A DNA stretch of 64,000 nucleotides from assembly GCA_028534125.1 (NCBI GenBank), contig CM052817.1, forward strand, positions 54,004,001 to 54,068,000, given 5' to 3'. The notes under the pieces were generated by a model, which saw only the letters and a program-made list of their open reading frames with translations, did not search any database and had not been told where the DNA came from. This document shows, piece by piece, positions 27,146 through 40,300 of this stretch. Origin of the DNA: Lama glama (lineage: Eukaryota). The position numbers and the translations under genes were made by a program. Numbering within the stretch: position 1 is the stretch's first letter; every line of letters begins with the position of its first letter.

Positions 27146-28093
27146 TCTCATGTTTGAGAGAACTTGGTAAGGCAAAGATAGGGAAAATGTGGTAAGACCT
27201 GCCACCTGCCTAAGTAATAATTAGAAATATGTCACTGCCATGGAGAATACTTGGAAACAGCTAATTCTTTTGTCTCCATATCACTCGCTGTTCTATTCTA
27301 GTTGGGTTCTGTTCTAATTGAATTAGAAAAGCAATTAGCACAGAGAGTAGAAAAATATTTATAATATATACTAATAAAAACTAAGCAGTATTGAGTTTCC
27401 TTCCCAGTCTGATTGTATGATGATATGATTACTGTAAGAATGACAGAATAATGAGAAGATTATGGATTCCTAGAAGTTAGAAAACAGCCACATTTATACT
27501 ATTGGGGGCATTTTCACATTGTGCAATATTTTAAAAATAACTAGGTTTTCATTACTTACTGATAAAAATAAATTAAATTAATACATACAGAGTAGACTTG
27601 GAAGTCCATAAATACGGATTTATTTCAAGTATTACAAGTCCGCTATTGTGAGAAATTCCTGTCTGTTTAAAGTGTGAGAAAATTTAAATGGAAACTCACA
27701 TTTATTCATCCTATCTAGCTCATATATTTAGAACCAACCCCTTATTTACCCATTCATTATTTTTGCTGCCTCATATAAACAGTGGATAGGTATAATATAG
27801 AAAAATTGACTTTACTAAACACTAACTTGACTTAAATTTGCCTTGGATTTGATATATTCATAGAATCAAAATGACTTTTGTCTATAAACAATATGCTGCA
27901 CATCCCACACCCAGGCAGTCCATTACAGAGAAGATTAATATGTTTAAATTTGTAAGATATCATTATAGAAATATGCAATAATCTTTATTTAGAAAACAAA
28001 AATATGACTTTGTTAATCCATGTGCTAAGTAAACAATGACTTTTTAAAACTGTATTAATTGTTTTAGGGGAAAAAGTTAATATTATGACAGAT

Positions 28094-28553
28094 TGTATTA
28101 GTATTCTATTGTTGCTATAACAAATTACTACAAACAGTGATTTGAAATAGGACAATTTGTCAGAAGTTCAAAATGAGTCTTAAGGGCTGAAATTGAAGAG
28201 GTCAGCAGAGTTTATTCTGGAGGCTCTAAGAGAAAACACACATCCTATTTGTTCCAGCTTCTTAAAGGATACCTGCATTCCTTGGCTACTGACCCCTTCC
28301 TCCATCTTCAATGTGTGTCACTCCAATCTCTGCTTCTGTTGTCGTGACTCCATTTTTCAACATTAACCATTTTGCTTCATTTTATAATGACACTGGTGAT
28401 TAGACTGGGTCCCCATGGATAATCCAGGATCATCTCCCCAGCACAAGATCCTTAATTTAATCAGATCAACAGTCTCTGCTATTTAGCATATTCCACAGGT
28501 TCTGGGGATTAGGATATGGATTTCTTTGAGGGACCACTACTGAATCTACCATA
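28094..28553 (-). mobile_element. MaLR solo LTR, MLT1D-like
   Basis: tgtattagt...gctataacaaattac...ggataatccaggat...agatccttaatttaatca...caggttctggggattaggatatgga. Confidence 0.85.
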
Positions 28554-29659
28554 TAAGTATTTCATTGTTTAGAAGAATTTGGGTTTTGTAGGAGAGTTGT
28601 GAAAATTTTCAAGCAATTAAAAATTTTTACAGCACTCACAGGAATTGTGATCTCCTACCATTTAAGAAATGACTCAAAAATAAAACAAAAACATTAAAAC
28701 TTATATAGATTTTATCCTTTACTAACTACTCATTTTAATGAGGTACTATTAAGTTAAAATTTAAATATCTGAATGAAGTATACTGGTAATTTTTTTCTAG
28801 TTTTCTAAGACTAATGATTGGAATACAAGAAAATTAACAATTCTTTCATAATATTTTAATTGATTTTACAAGAATTTAGGAAAATTTTATCTTGAAAATG
28901 AAATCTATTGATCTCATACATCAAGATTTTTGCTATAAGATCATTTTAGTAATAAACACGTCAGAAAAAACCCTCACCTTCAAATGTTTTCACTACTTAT
29001 CTTCCTATATGCAGCATACTATAAAAAATGTTATATTCCACACATCTTTAAATCCCATGTTGTTTACACTATTCAATTTGAGGGTCTTATAAAAATTCCT
29101 TTGAATTAAGTTTAAGTGCATTAGCTCTATAAGCTTACTATTTTAAATAAAGCAAGTGAGTACGGATAAGCTTATCCCTCAAATTTTATTTCTGTCTATA
29201 ATATAATTTTACTTCCTAAATCAAATATTTTCCAAACTCTGGCAATCCAATTAACTTTTTAATACTCTCAACTCATCCTGTTCCCTTACAATCAGCATCA
29301 ATGTGTACATTTAAATATTATTAAACCATTATAAATGTATAAAAATCCGATCTAGCTGTTGATGCCACTTGATACTTGGTTTATTTGATTAAGTTTACTT
29401 TATGTTACTGTAGACTGTAATATTTTCAACAATATATATTTTAAAGGAAATATCACTTTATTCAATTTCATTCTGCAAACATATTTTGATTCTTAATAAA
29501 TCCGAGAAACTTGAAAGAAATGTCTGCTTCATTATTAGCAGTCTTAAAGCAATAATTGCTGGTTCATATCTCTCAAAGTCACTCTTCCCCATCAGTTATG
29601 CTGACTTTCTATCAGGTATTAGGACAGGCCAAACTTTTCCCAATCTCAGGTTCTTTGGA

Positions 29660-29975
29660 GATGATGATCTCTCTGCTTTGAAAGCTTTCCCAGGCTCTTT
29701 GCCTGACTGTCTCATTCTCATTCTTTAGGTCCAAATATCCTCTCTTGAGAGCAGTCTTTTATCACACTAATATAAGCTGGCCCTTTTATTGTTTTCGATT
29801 GTACAATTGTGTTTATTTTCTTCTTGCATTCTATCATTGATGATTATATGTCTTGGTTCATGTATTTATCACTTGCTTTACCCCCACCAGATCCATAGGG
29901 CCAAAACCTACTTTTCTTCAGTAATTAACACAGTAACTGACCCATAACAGGCACTGATAAACTTCTGTTAATAGT
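29660..29975 (+). mobile_element. L2 remnant
   Basis: ctcattctcattctttaggtc...tgtatttatcacttg...caggcactgataaacttctgtt. Confidence 0.5.
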
Positions 29976-30077
29976 ATCGTTGGTGCAAGAACTTGATACT
30001 ATATATTTTCAAAGTTAAAAAATATAGTAACAATTTAGAGTGCTTTTACACCTATTAGTATTGATTAGATCCAAACC

Positions 30078-30350
30078 CTAGAACAAAAGTTGCAAATGTA
30101 AGTATCTTCAGAAGCCAGAAGATATTTTGAAAGATTTATAATGATGACAATACAATAAGTACCAGGAAACAGAAATGAACAGACCCTATTTAAAAGGGGC
30201 AGCACTTACTCAGCTATTGTTGCTGAAGGAAATACAGGTCCAGTTTTTCTCTAGAAGACTTTATGTTAAATCTGACTTTTCAGTGTTTGAGAGGCCTAAG
30301 GAAACCCTCTGAAGGATGAATCTGGCACACGACCACTAACCTGCAGTCTT
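30078..30350. mobile_element. hAT-Charlie-type DNA transposon remnant (MER103-like)
   Basis: ttgcaaat...aaaggggcagcacttactcagct...tttatgttaaatct...gaatctggc. Confidence 0.4.
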
Positions 30351-30959
30351 TCCTCTAAAGTCTACTGAGGGATCTGATTCTTCCTAATCATATATAGATA
30401 GGCTCTCTGCCAGCCCCACTGTCTTTCCTTGGAAATAATACCTTGATACTGAATTTCATGCAATCCTGATGTCCCAGCCTGAATCATTACAGGAGTTAGA
30501 TTTAGACAGACCATTTTTGGAACTGATTCATCCGAACATGGAGTCCTTAAGAGACTATCCACTACCCCTTGCTCTCTAGGTCACTGGATCTTATTTTTCT
30601 TCAGACCTGGCTTACATCTTTTTCTCTTCTGATTCTGGACCTACTATTTTATATTCCTCCCAACCCCTACCCCCTCAAAAGGCTTCTTTCTTCAACTTAA
30701 ATTAGGCTAAATTGGTTTTTGCAGATTTGTACACAAGTATTTCTTATTAATACATTAGTTAACTACATTCAAAAACAGTTTATTATCTTTGTGCTTCACA
30801 CAGTGATTGGTATTAGGTATCAGAAGAATCACAGTGTACAGAGAAGTCAACTCCCACCCTGCCCACCTATTGGTTCATCTCTTATTTCTTTTGTGTTGTG
30901 TACTTCACGCAAACACCTAACTGTTTTGGTTTTATACTCACAGTAACAGTTTCCTATCT

Positions 30960-31285
30960 TCCATTGTCCCATCTGCCAAAAATGATTGCCTTGCTCACTA
31001 AAGTCAACTCATTCTTTAAGACTCAGCTCAAGGGTCATCTCCTCTAGAAAACCTTCCATGAAGATATATCCCCCCACACTCCATACACACAGCAGCCACT
31101 ATGGGATGGGCATGTTAACATGATGTTCTCAACTGCTTTGCTGAACTAGCAACTCTGTAACTTTGGGGACTTTGAGCCTCATTTGACTAAATTCCTCTAG
31201 GGCAGAATCTTTGTCTTAGCTTTCTAGAAACCCAGCCTTTAGCATAGTGCTGGGTCTGCAACAGATGTTCAGTAATGGAAGGAAG
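30960..31285 (+). mobile_element. L2 remnant
   Basis: cattctttaagactcagctcaagggtcatctcctctagaaaaccttcc...ttagcatagtgctgg. Confidence 0.65.
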
Positions 31286-34184
31286 ATAAAAGGCAGGAGT
31301 CTTGAAAGCAAATGATATAATCTAGTTGAGAATAATTTCCATAACAAATGAAGCAGCTAGACAAAGGTATGAGAGAACTTAGGATAAGGATTTCTAGGAA
31401 AATATGTGGTCCACCTATGCTTCCTGTTTTCCAAACTGATACTAGCAATTTTTATGAATATGTTCTATTTGGGGAATACAAGCGAGTTTAAATTACCTAT
31501 TAAGTAATCACTGATTCACGTGCAAAAGATTTATGAATTACATGTTAGGTGCAAGATACCATCAAGTAAAAAGAAATTATAAGAGAGAGAAACTGTGGTG
31601 ACAAAAAAGGAGCAAATAAAGGAATAATTTTGTTGCTCTTATTATAAGTATCATTCTAAAAAAGAGAATTCAGATAACTGACATTCCTCTTATAGAGGGA
31701 TAATACTTGATATATTACATGGAGGTATATGGAAGAATAATGTAAGAGACAAACTGGTTGCTAATAGCATTACTGGGGAATAGAACCACAATCATCAAGC
31801 AATCTGAATAAACTAAATTCATATAATCATATTTTTACCATAGATCTTCCCTTTGAATTAGTAAGGTCTTATTTGTAGACAAAAGTTTTTGTTTATCATT
31901 CTAGGAATGACCATGACAGTTTCTGAGAATTAAATTTTGACTAAATTTCTTTTTTTTTCACTCATTCAATACATAGTCACTGAATGTCTCCGATCAGAAA
32001 CTGGGAAAGGCACTGAGGCACTGGGAATCAAATTGTATCTTGGCATTCTGTGATACTTCAAAAGTTAAATATGTGTTAATTTCAGCACCATGAGTTTTAA
32101 AATGTGTAATTATTTATTTATATATAAGGAACCAAAGTATGCAAATATTAATGTATGTACTCATTTGAATATTTAGTTATTCAAACTTTATTTATTTATA
32201 ATTAAATTTTAAAGACTTTAGTTCATTTTAAGTGCTAAAAGAAAGTATATTTTTCTCATAGTAAAAAAGATTAAATAACAGATTCTATAATTAATTATAA
32301 ATACTAATTTCTAATAATATTCATTTTGTATGCCTTCCTATAAAGATAATCACATACATATCTTCAGATGGCTAATGCGAATGGTGAGGAAAGTCTGCAA
32401 GTGCTATAACGTAACACTGATTTAATCACTCATTTCTATAGTAGCTCACCAATTATGTGGTCCCCCCATCCATTTACTAAAAAAAGCTATCAGGAGAGAA
32501 GATTGCTAGAATAAGTAGCATGTGCTTTGTATTTTTGAAAAGAAGAAACAAAGACCTGAAGGAAAAGCTGGATCGTGAGAGAAGACAATCACTTTCTGAG
32601 AGTAATGTGCATGAAATTGTATGCCTTGGAAGAAAGACAAACTGTCAGCAGGATATAAAGTAAAGATTTTTTGCTCAGAAACACTATGTAGGTGGTTAGT
32701 TGTTTTATTGTTTTGTCCCTAACACAAGTCAGCCCTGTAAGCTGGCTAAAAGAAGGAAGCTCTACATAAAGAAGCCACAATTTCCATCCTAAATCAGGCT
32801 AGAAGTGATGGGGTGGTATGAGAAGAAGGAAGACACTGAGAGCAAAAATGTGGCATTTTAAATGCTGAGGTTTTAACCTCTTGAATATTTGGGTCATCTC
32901 CTGGGGAGGAAATATCACTAAGGGGGAAAAAATCAAACCTCAAAATAAAACACATAGGCTATAAAAGTCACACTGGAACTAAAGTGTGACAGGAACAGAG
33001 AAAAGTATTGATTCATCTGTTCCAAATTTGCTCACAAACAGGGTATCTGCGAACCTAAACAAGAAAATACAGACAGCAGGAAGAAAAGATTAAATACAAC
33101 TTTAGTGATTTGGAAAAAGCTAAGTACAAGACACTCAAAAAACTGAATACAAGAAAAATTTAGTGGCCTCACTAAATTGTTTACAATTACTAATTTTCCT
33201 TATTTTCTTTCCTACTGGCCCCTTTTAAAAACAAGTCATATCATCTGGTTGATTCTGGTTAAGGTTCTTCTAAATCTATCACTGCTCAATGACGTATCTA
33301 TTTATGGACTCCTAAAACCCTGTGCAATCATATCTTAATTGTTTTTAACTTTCCTTCTCTTGTATGATACAGTAAACTTTGCTGAATTGTTTTCTCTATT
33401 ACCTTTAATATGCTTATATGTCATTAATATCAACGTGTTTTTCTATATATTTTTATTTTTTCTATATTGTCCAAGAAAAAGTATCACCTTAAAAATCAAT
33501 ATCACCATGGATACATATACACATACATAGAGCATATATAAAGAAAACATCAATATTTTCAAATGTCAATATTAAGAAGAAAAGATTAAAAAATACTACC
33601 TATATCACCATGTATACTGCAGTTTGTCATCTTCAACTCAAAATGAAAATGGATATTACTGAAATGTATAATGAACAGAATCTAACATTATTTGTTTGGT
33701 TGATTGTTTATTCAGTTATTCAGTCAGAACATTTTCAAATGTTAATACTGAACCCTAAATATGAAGTTTGCCTTTTACTAATATAATAATATAATAGGGA
33801 CTTTTAACAAGCATATTAATTAAGTACAGGGATTTTCTCTTATAACACAGGTAATTTAAACAACTTTTTAAGTTACTATTCAGATAACAGCCTCATTCTA
33901 AATTGTGGGTGGTATTTTTATAGCACAAATTAGTCTTTGCCATAAAGCTTCATTAGGTGTTTGGGAAAATAAAAATTTGTAGTGATTCAGCTGCTTTAAG
34001 AAAGAAATACAAACTGCTTAAAAGTAAATAGCAAAAGAACTAAAAAAAAGGGTCTGAGCCCTTGAAGCACTTGCTTTCACCACATGCCATTACTGTACCG
34101 ATAAAAGTTAAATACTGAACAGCACTGAATAACTCATGAAAATATAAAGTGAAAAATCTATGGGGAGGACTACAGCTGGGTCCT

Positions 34185-34410
34185 TAAGAACAGGTATTAC
34201 AGACAGACTCAGCTCTTGGCTCTGCCATTTTCTAGCTATTCCACATTTAACATGAGACATTTCTTATCCTATTGAGTTTCAGTTTCCTGGTAAGTAAAAT
34301 GGTGATATTTATACCTAACAGGGGGGTTACTGTAAGAACTAAATACACTAACGTGTGTATACATATAACCCATGTAGTAAATGACATATAGTAAGGATTG
34401 ATACATGACT
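34185..34410 (+). mobile_element. MIR SINE
   Basis: tcttggctctgccatttt...gagtttcagtttcctggtaagtaaaatggtgata...tacctaacagg. Confidence 0.7.
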
Positions 34411-34511
34411 GTTACTTCAATAAGCGAATCTTCTCAGCGTTGGGAAAAAAATCGGTATTTTTTATGCTGGAGAAAAAAAAAATAGCTTACTGTTGTCTAA
34501 ATCAGGACTTA

Positions 34512-35018
34512 TAGCAGTGCCCCCTTTATCCAACGAGGATATGTTCTAAGTCCCCCAGTGGAGGTCTGAAACTGCGGATAATACCGAACCCTATATGTAC
34601 TGTTTTTCTTCCTATACATACATACCTATGATAAAGTTTAATTTATAAATTAGGCACATTAAGAAATCATCTGAATTGCCAGCATCACTCCTCTTGCTAG
34701 TTGGGACCATTACTAAGTAAAATATGGTTTACTTGAACACAAGCACTGTGAGAGAGTGACAGTCAAAGTGATAATCCAGAAGGCTACCAAGTGACTAACT
34801 GGTGGGCCACACATTAAGTAGACATGCCGGACACGGGGATGATTCATTTTTGGGGTGGAACAGTAGGAGATTTCATCATGCTACTCAGAATGGCACATGA
34901 TTTAAAACTTATGAATTCTTTTTTTCCTGGAATTTTCCATTTAATATTTTCAGACTGTGGTTGACCATGGGTAACTGAAACCAAGGAGAGTGAAACCACA
35001 GATAACAGGGGACTACTG
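34512..35018. mobile_element. MER44 (MER44B-like) TcMar-Tigger DNA transposon
   Basis: TIRs tagcagtgccccctttatc ... gataacaggggactactg, flanked by TA at 34510-34511 and 35019-35020. Internal ataaagtttaatttataaattaggcac. Confidence 0.88.
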
Positions 35019-37202
35019 TACTTCATAGATCAAGGAAAGTCTTTAAGGTGATATCCAGAAAGTTTTAATAGCTTACCTGAGCTAAAGGATCCACATTTTT
35101 GTTAAGTAATCAGATCATATTCTAAACCCAGGCCTCCTGATCTCTGATCATTTTCCTACTAAACCAGTCTACCTTGCAAATGAGTCACTGTAGTTTGTTT
35201 TATAGTTTATACTTTTTTGAATTATTTTCTTTTAAAATCATGTTACATTTACAAAATGAATTCCCAGTTATGCATTATACTTTTAACTGAAACATACTGA
35301 AGATAATTTAAATTAAAACAATCATATTATAAAATATAAATTAAACCAGTATATAAACTAGCAAGTGGTTGCACCTGATTTTATAATTCTTATTTAATGA
35401 AACAATGAGATAAGTACTTAAATAGAATGTGAACATACTTCTAAGGCAATCAGTACATTTTCAGGATTACCAGAAACCTATAAATTATAGGATATTTAGG
35501 AATTCAAATCACCTATCTCTAAAAATACATAAGATAGAAAAGAAATCTGTGGTAAACCATAATCCTTTTATGCAAAAGTGTATGAGCAAGTTCTTACTTA
35601 TATTGAAATGATTTAAGATGATTTTTCAGAATGAGTTTGGCAGAGTATATTGGAGTAGTTATCTTCAAAGGACTGTTGAAGAAATACAGAAAATTGAAGA
35701 AAATGTAAAGTTCTTTAATTTGAAAAAAATCGTGAAAAAAACCTATAATTTGACAAACCTACTTCAGCTTTCACGTTTCAGGAATATGACTGCAAGTTTC
35801 TTAAAACTGTCTTTAAAAATGAGGCATGCCTTATTTTATACTTTAATATAAATTGCCTTTGGATATAGCTATTCTACGTATTTCAGATCTTATTATATAA
35901 TCCAAGTATAACTGCCACAGTTCCAAAATGGACTACAAATTTTATTTCTTTAAAATACTGCTAGTAAATGATAAATGGTCATTTAGCTTTGTGTTTTCAT
36001 AGAAAGGTCCCTAGAGATGAAAATGTAAGAAAATTTCAATTGAGGCTTCAGTGAAACCTAAACACTTCTGCTTTTTCACAACAAAGAAAATTAGCTATAA
36101 AACTTCACTAGATAAACTTTCTCTAATCAATCACACTGTAAATGAAGGGAAAACGAAATTTTCTCTTAATTGCTTTCATTATTTTAAATTTCAATTCATT
36201 TCTTGCTGGCCAAATTTCTCTCTATTATTGAAGTATGCACACTTAGAGCTCATGAGCAATGTGCTGCTTTTAAAATAAACAGAACTGAGGCAAGCCTAGA
36301 ATTACCTCTTGGCACAGTAAACTTGCTGATCCCCAGATACTTTACTTCATCTCAGATGTTAAAGCAAGTTGGAACCTGGGATTTGTTTGTGACCCCAGGA
36401 GTTTTCTACCTCTGGGATGAGCTGCATATCTAATACGAGAACACAGGATTTCCTGAGTGATCTTCACTAAGGTACCCCATGAATAATTAACTAGTCAGAT
36501 GAAAAATATTTTTGAGATGCTGATTCTACCTTTGGATAAAAAAAAAAAAATCAGAAAACAAGTTTCAGTTTTGTTTGTTTGATTCTTCATTATTCCTGAA
36601 GAAAAAAAGAAGTTGTTGCCTTATACCATCTCTGACATAAAGGTTGCAAAGACACGTTTCTTAAAGCTGTAAAACATACACATTCTAAAGAGTGCTTCAG
36701 TTCATGTAATCCTTGTATTTTCTTTCCAGTCTGCTCCCTCTGGATGAATATATTTCTGATTCTCAAAATGCTGGCAGCCCAGAAAGCTTAGATATAATTG
36801 TTTCTATCAAATTCAAAATTTATCAAATTCTATACTACTATATATACAAGTATATTATTCACTTTTACTTCTGTTTGCATGGAGCTGGAAGGATGCAGTA
36901 TTGGCATACCACTCTTTCATCCCTTTTCTAAATATTTTATATTCTTGCATTAAGAAAAGTCTTAGAATAGATACTGATGTACAGAAATATATACTCAAAA
37001 TTAAATGCTGCAGGATCATGTAGGCAACATCTAATTCTTTCAATAGTGGGGAGAGTTTTGTGATCCTGAACAATTAAAATTAGTCAGTTTTCTTCATAAA
37101 ATTTATGTGATTTATATGTTTTCATAGAAATTTTGTCAATGCATGCAAAACAAAGCTTAATATTTTTTCCTTTTTACAATAAAAGGACAGGAATATACAT
37201 AC

Positions 37203-37312
37203 TGTAAGGGACACATTCATACTGCACTTCAAGGTATTTATAGGTTCCCGGACATGGGTCTGGAAAAACATCAGGACCTGCCACCACTGCACACTGGGTT
37301 CTGTTATTGCAC
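37203..37312 (-). CDS. ADGRL3: Internal coding exon (110 nt) of adhesion GPCR L3 / latrophilin-3; C-terminal part of the rhamnose-binding (SUEL) lectin domain
   Basis: Minus strand reads ttattattttttcttttcttttgacttcag|G TGC AAT AAC AGA ACC CAG ... GTC CCT TAC A|gtatgt. That is 1+108+1 nt encoding [36 protein letters not shown], with a strong pyrimidine tract and canonical AG/GT. From recalled paralog sequences, [10 protein letters not shown] fits ADGRL3 rather than ADGRL1 (CVVVAGSDAF) or ADGRL2 (CIVVTGSDVF). It contains an N-R-T sequon. Confidence 0.96.
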
Positions 37313-40300
37313 CTGAAGTCAAAAGAAAAGAAAAAATAATAAGCTTGTGCACTGTTAAATCATCATTAACATCAATACTACTTCTAGTTCCTATTTCACA
37401 GATTTAAATAAGATTTTGGTCAATTTAGGGTTCAGACTTATTAAGGAAATATCTATACTACATTTTTTAAAATTAGACATTAAACTAATATTAAACTAAT
37501 TTAATATTTGATTGAACAAAGCGTGATTTTGAGTTAGAAGTTAAATACTGCTTAAGCAACATTAACTGAAGGATACTACCATGTGAAGACAGAATTTTTG
37601 GTAGGAAAGACTCCTAGTGTTAAAAAAAAAAATTCAGAAAATATAACCACAGAGTTTTATTAGGCAGTAGTAAAATAAATTCACTTAGTATCATGCCATT
37701 TATTTTAAAGGCAGTGAACATATAGTGTTGAAAACTTTTAGCCAAACCTAAAAAATAAAGTCAATAAATGGTTAATATTTAAATATTAAAATACAGCTAA
37801 AATTTAATCTATATAAATTAATAATAACTAACCTCATAAGTAAAACCACTTCTAAAACCTGATTCTTATATTTAGCCAAATATCAACACTAACCTTAGAG
37901 ATTGCTATTCATAAATGCCAATATCCTATATTTTAAGATAACTTTAAATCTCCAAAGAGAATAATCAGACATCACTATTGAAACAGAAACATACAGTGGA
38001 CATCTTTTGTGATAATTGGGCTAAACAGATCTGAGTTATCCAAATATACTCATGGATAAATATACATACAATGAAATTGATTCTTACTCTGAAAAAGATA
38101 TGCAAGTTCACAGCAGCCTCAGTTTACTCAGAAATTTTCTAGTCTCAATAATTTATCAATAAGTAGGCATTTCTGTGGAAAAAACGATGGTTTTTCCCAC
38201 CTAAAATTCTGGCACTAAGTGTACAGAATGAGATATTCTAGCTGTCCTGTTTTATGTTGTTTATTCATTTCAGAAATACAGTATCTCAGGCTAGATTTTT
38301 CTGCTACTTTCTTAAATAGGTGCTTCTTCCTGTGGTATGACCTATACCTCTGAATCCTTGCTAGAATACTCGCTGGATAAGGAGCATTTAGGGCAGAACT
38401 CATTTTGATTTAGAGTAAAAATGCTTTGTATTTACTCGAGGCTACCATTTGTCAGGATTAATAAGGATTTTATTTAGTCCCTAAATAAAAATTGATTCAT
38501 AAGCGAATGTCTTAAACTGAAAAATATATCCTATGTTATTAGTGAAAGATTAATAAAAGACACTATTCCATACTCATCAGGTAATTTAGCATAACAACTA
38601 ATCCTGAGTATCAACATGTTCTAAAGTTCTCTTCCATAAACTTAAGTGTCTGATTATCAGACAACTGTGTAATAATATTAATGTAAATGTGGCTGTCCTC
38701 ACACATGCATTGGAAATAGGTGGCTTGATATTTTAGTGTATTCAAACTTACAAAAAATAGCAGTACTTTCCTATTACATAGAAAAGCCACTTGAAGCAGC
38801 TGTCTCAAGTTATAAGACATATTTTTCTGCAGTTAAAGAAATACAATTTTCACATCATACTTTGAAAACATAAACTCATAAATCTATCTCAGGATTTTAT
38901 ACAATGAGCAGCTATATAAACTCAATTAAGCCTGTAATTGTTACAAAAACAATCAGCTATTACCAGGAATTCATTTGAAGTAGAAATGATGGAGAATGAA
39001 AGTATACATGATAACATTTGATATTTGAATATTCTGTAAATATACTATTATTGCTGATCTCCAGTCATTAAATTATGTAAGTTTGAAATAAATACACATA
39101 TACATAATATAGTGTATATATATACAATGTTTTCTCTCTTGGCCTATTGTTTTAACTCCCTATTATCAACCTTTTTTTCTAATTACTACAGTTCTAATAA
39201 TAATGAAATTAATATAAAATCTGTATCTCTGCTTGTAATTTTCATATATAATACAAGTTTTTATTATTTAAACAATGTTATCAACAAATCAAATTACTAG
39301 TCGTTTATGAGTAGGGCATGAAAGTTAAAATTTAGAGTTATTCAAAAAAATCTTGAATCAAAAAGAATTTCAAATAGTTATATTTGTATAAATCAGATTT
39401 AAAAATACAATATGGACATTACACACATCCATTTATCCATCTAATTATTTAAATATGTGCACTCACCACTTTACATATTATATATAATTTACAAAAATAC
39501 TAATTATGTATATGTAAGAAAATTGAGACAAGTAACCATTTGTTATAGACATTAGACATCATTCTGAGTCCCAAATATCTTACTTAATGTTAACCAAAGA
39601 AGAATCAAGAAAGTCTTCTAATTGATGAGATAGTGTTTGTGAGAGGTATAGAAACCAAAACATGCTATACCAGTAATATATTGCAGTCATTGTCATCATT
39701 ATTCTATAGAAAACAATGCTTTACAACATTTACTTTTTAAAATAATTTATATTCTATTACTATTTCTATACCAAATGCTTTTTATAAGTTAAAATCCTTA
39801 AAAATCAAAAGGAGAAAGGTAGAAAACCTCTGGAATATTATTTCTGTATAAGATGTAATACTGATTGTTTAAAGACCAGCTACATTTCAAAACAGGAATT
39901 TAAAAGTCTGTCCTTTCTTTTTTTATGATTTCAGGCTCTATGAGTCAAAATTAAGTTAACTTTATATTAGATTAAAGATTATTGAACAATTGATACCAGT
40001 AAGAATATTTTGCTATATAAAAGTTGTTAAAAGTAATTTCATTCTAAAATATTATTGATGATAAAAGTGAAATAAAATAATTAAATGTTCTCATGTGCTT
40101 TAAACTCAGATTTTCTTTGTATTTACTTTTAATTTAAATATAAATTAAAAAATGATTTTCAGTATCCCTGATATCAAAGATATTCTTAAAACCACAATAA
40201 AGGATGAGAAAAGGCTGCAATAATATGGTCAAATGCATCCTAATCCACTAATAGTCACAGAGAAAATACCACACTCTTATAAAAGTGTTAAGGCTTAAAC

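Larger units (their letters stand above)
1..37202 (-). other. ADGRL3: ADGRL3 intron downstream of the lectin exon (continues beyond the window)
   Basis: GTATGT donor at 37202-37197. I saw neither the 15-nt KVEQK microexon nor the olfactomedin exon in 1-37202. Confidence 0.8.

Noticed and set aside
32545..32663. Plus-strand protein-like stretch RNKDLKEKLDRERRQSLSE...
   Set aside because: Short, purine-rich, with no start, splice sites or recognisable homology; likely compositional.
35071..35100. Possible recursive splice site (minus ctcag|gtaagc)
   Set aside because: No real pyrimidine tract, and it sits in a MIR-like fragment.
37122..37352. ORF-track 76-aa minus ORF over the exon
   Set aside because: Wrong reading frame. 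The real frame is bounded by splice sites and encodes the latrophilin lectin.
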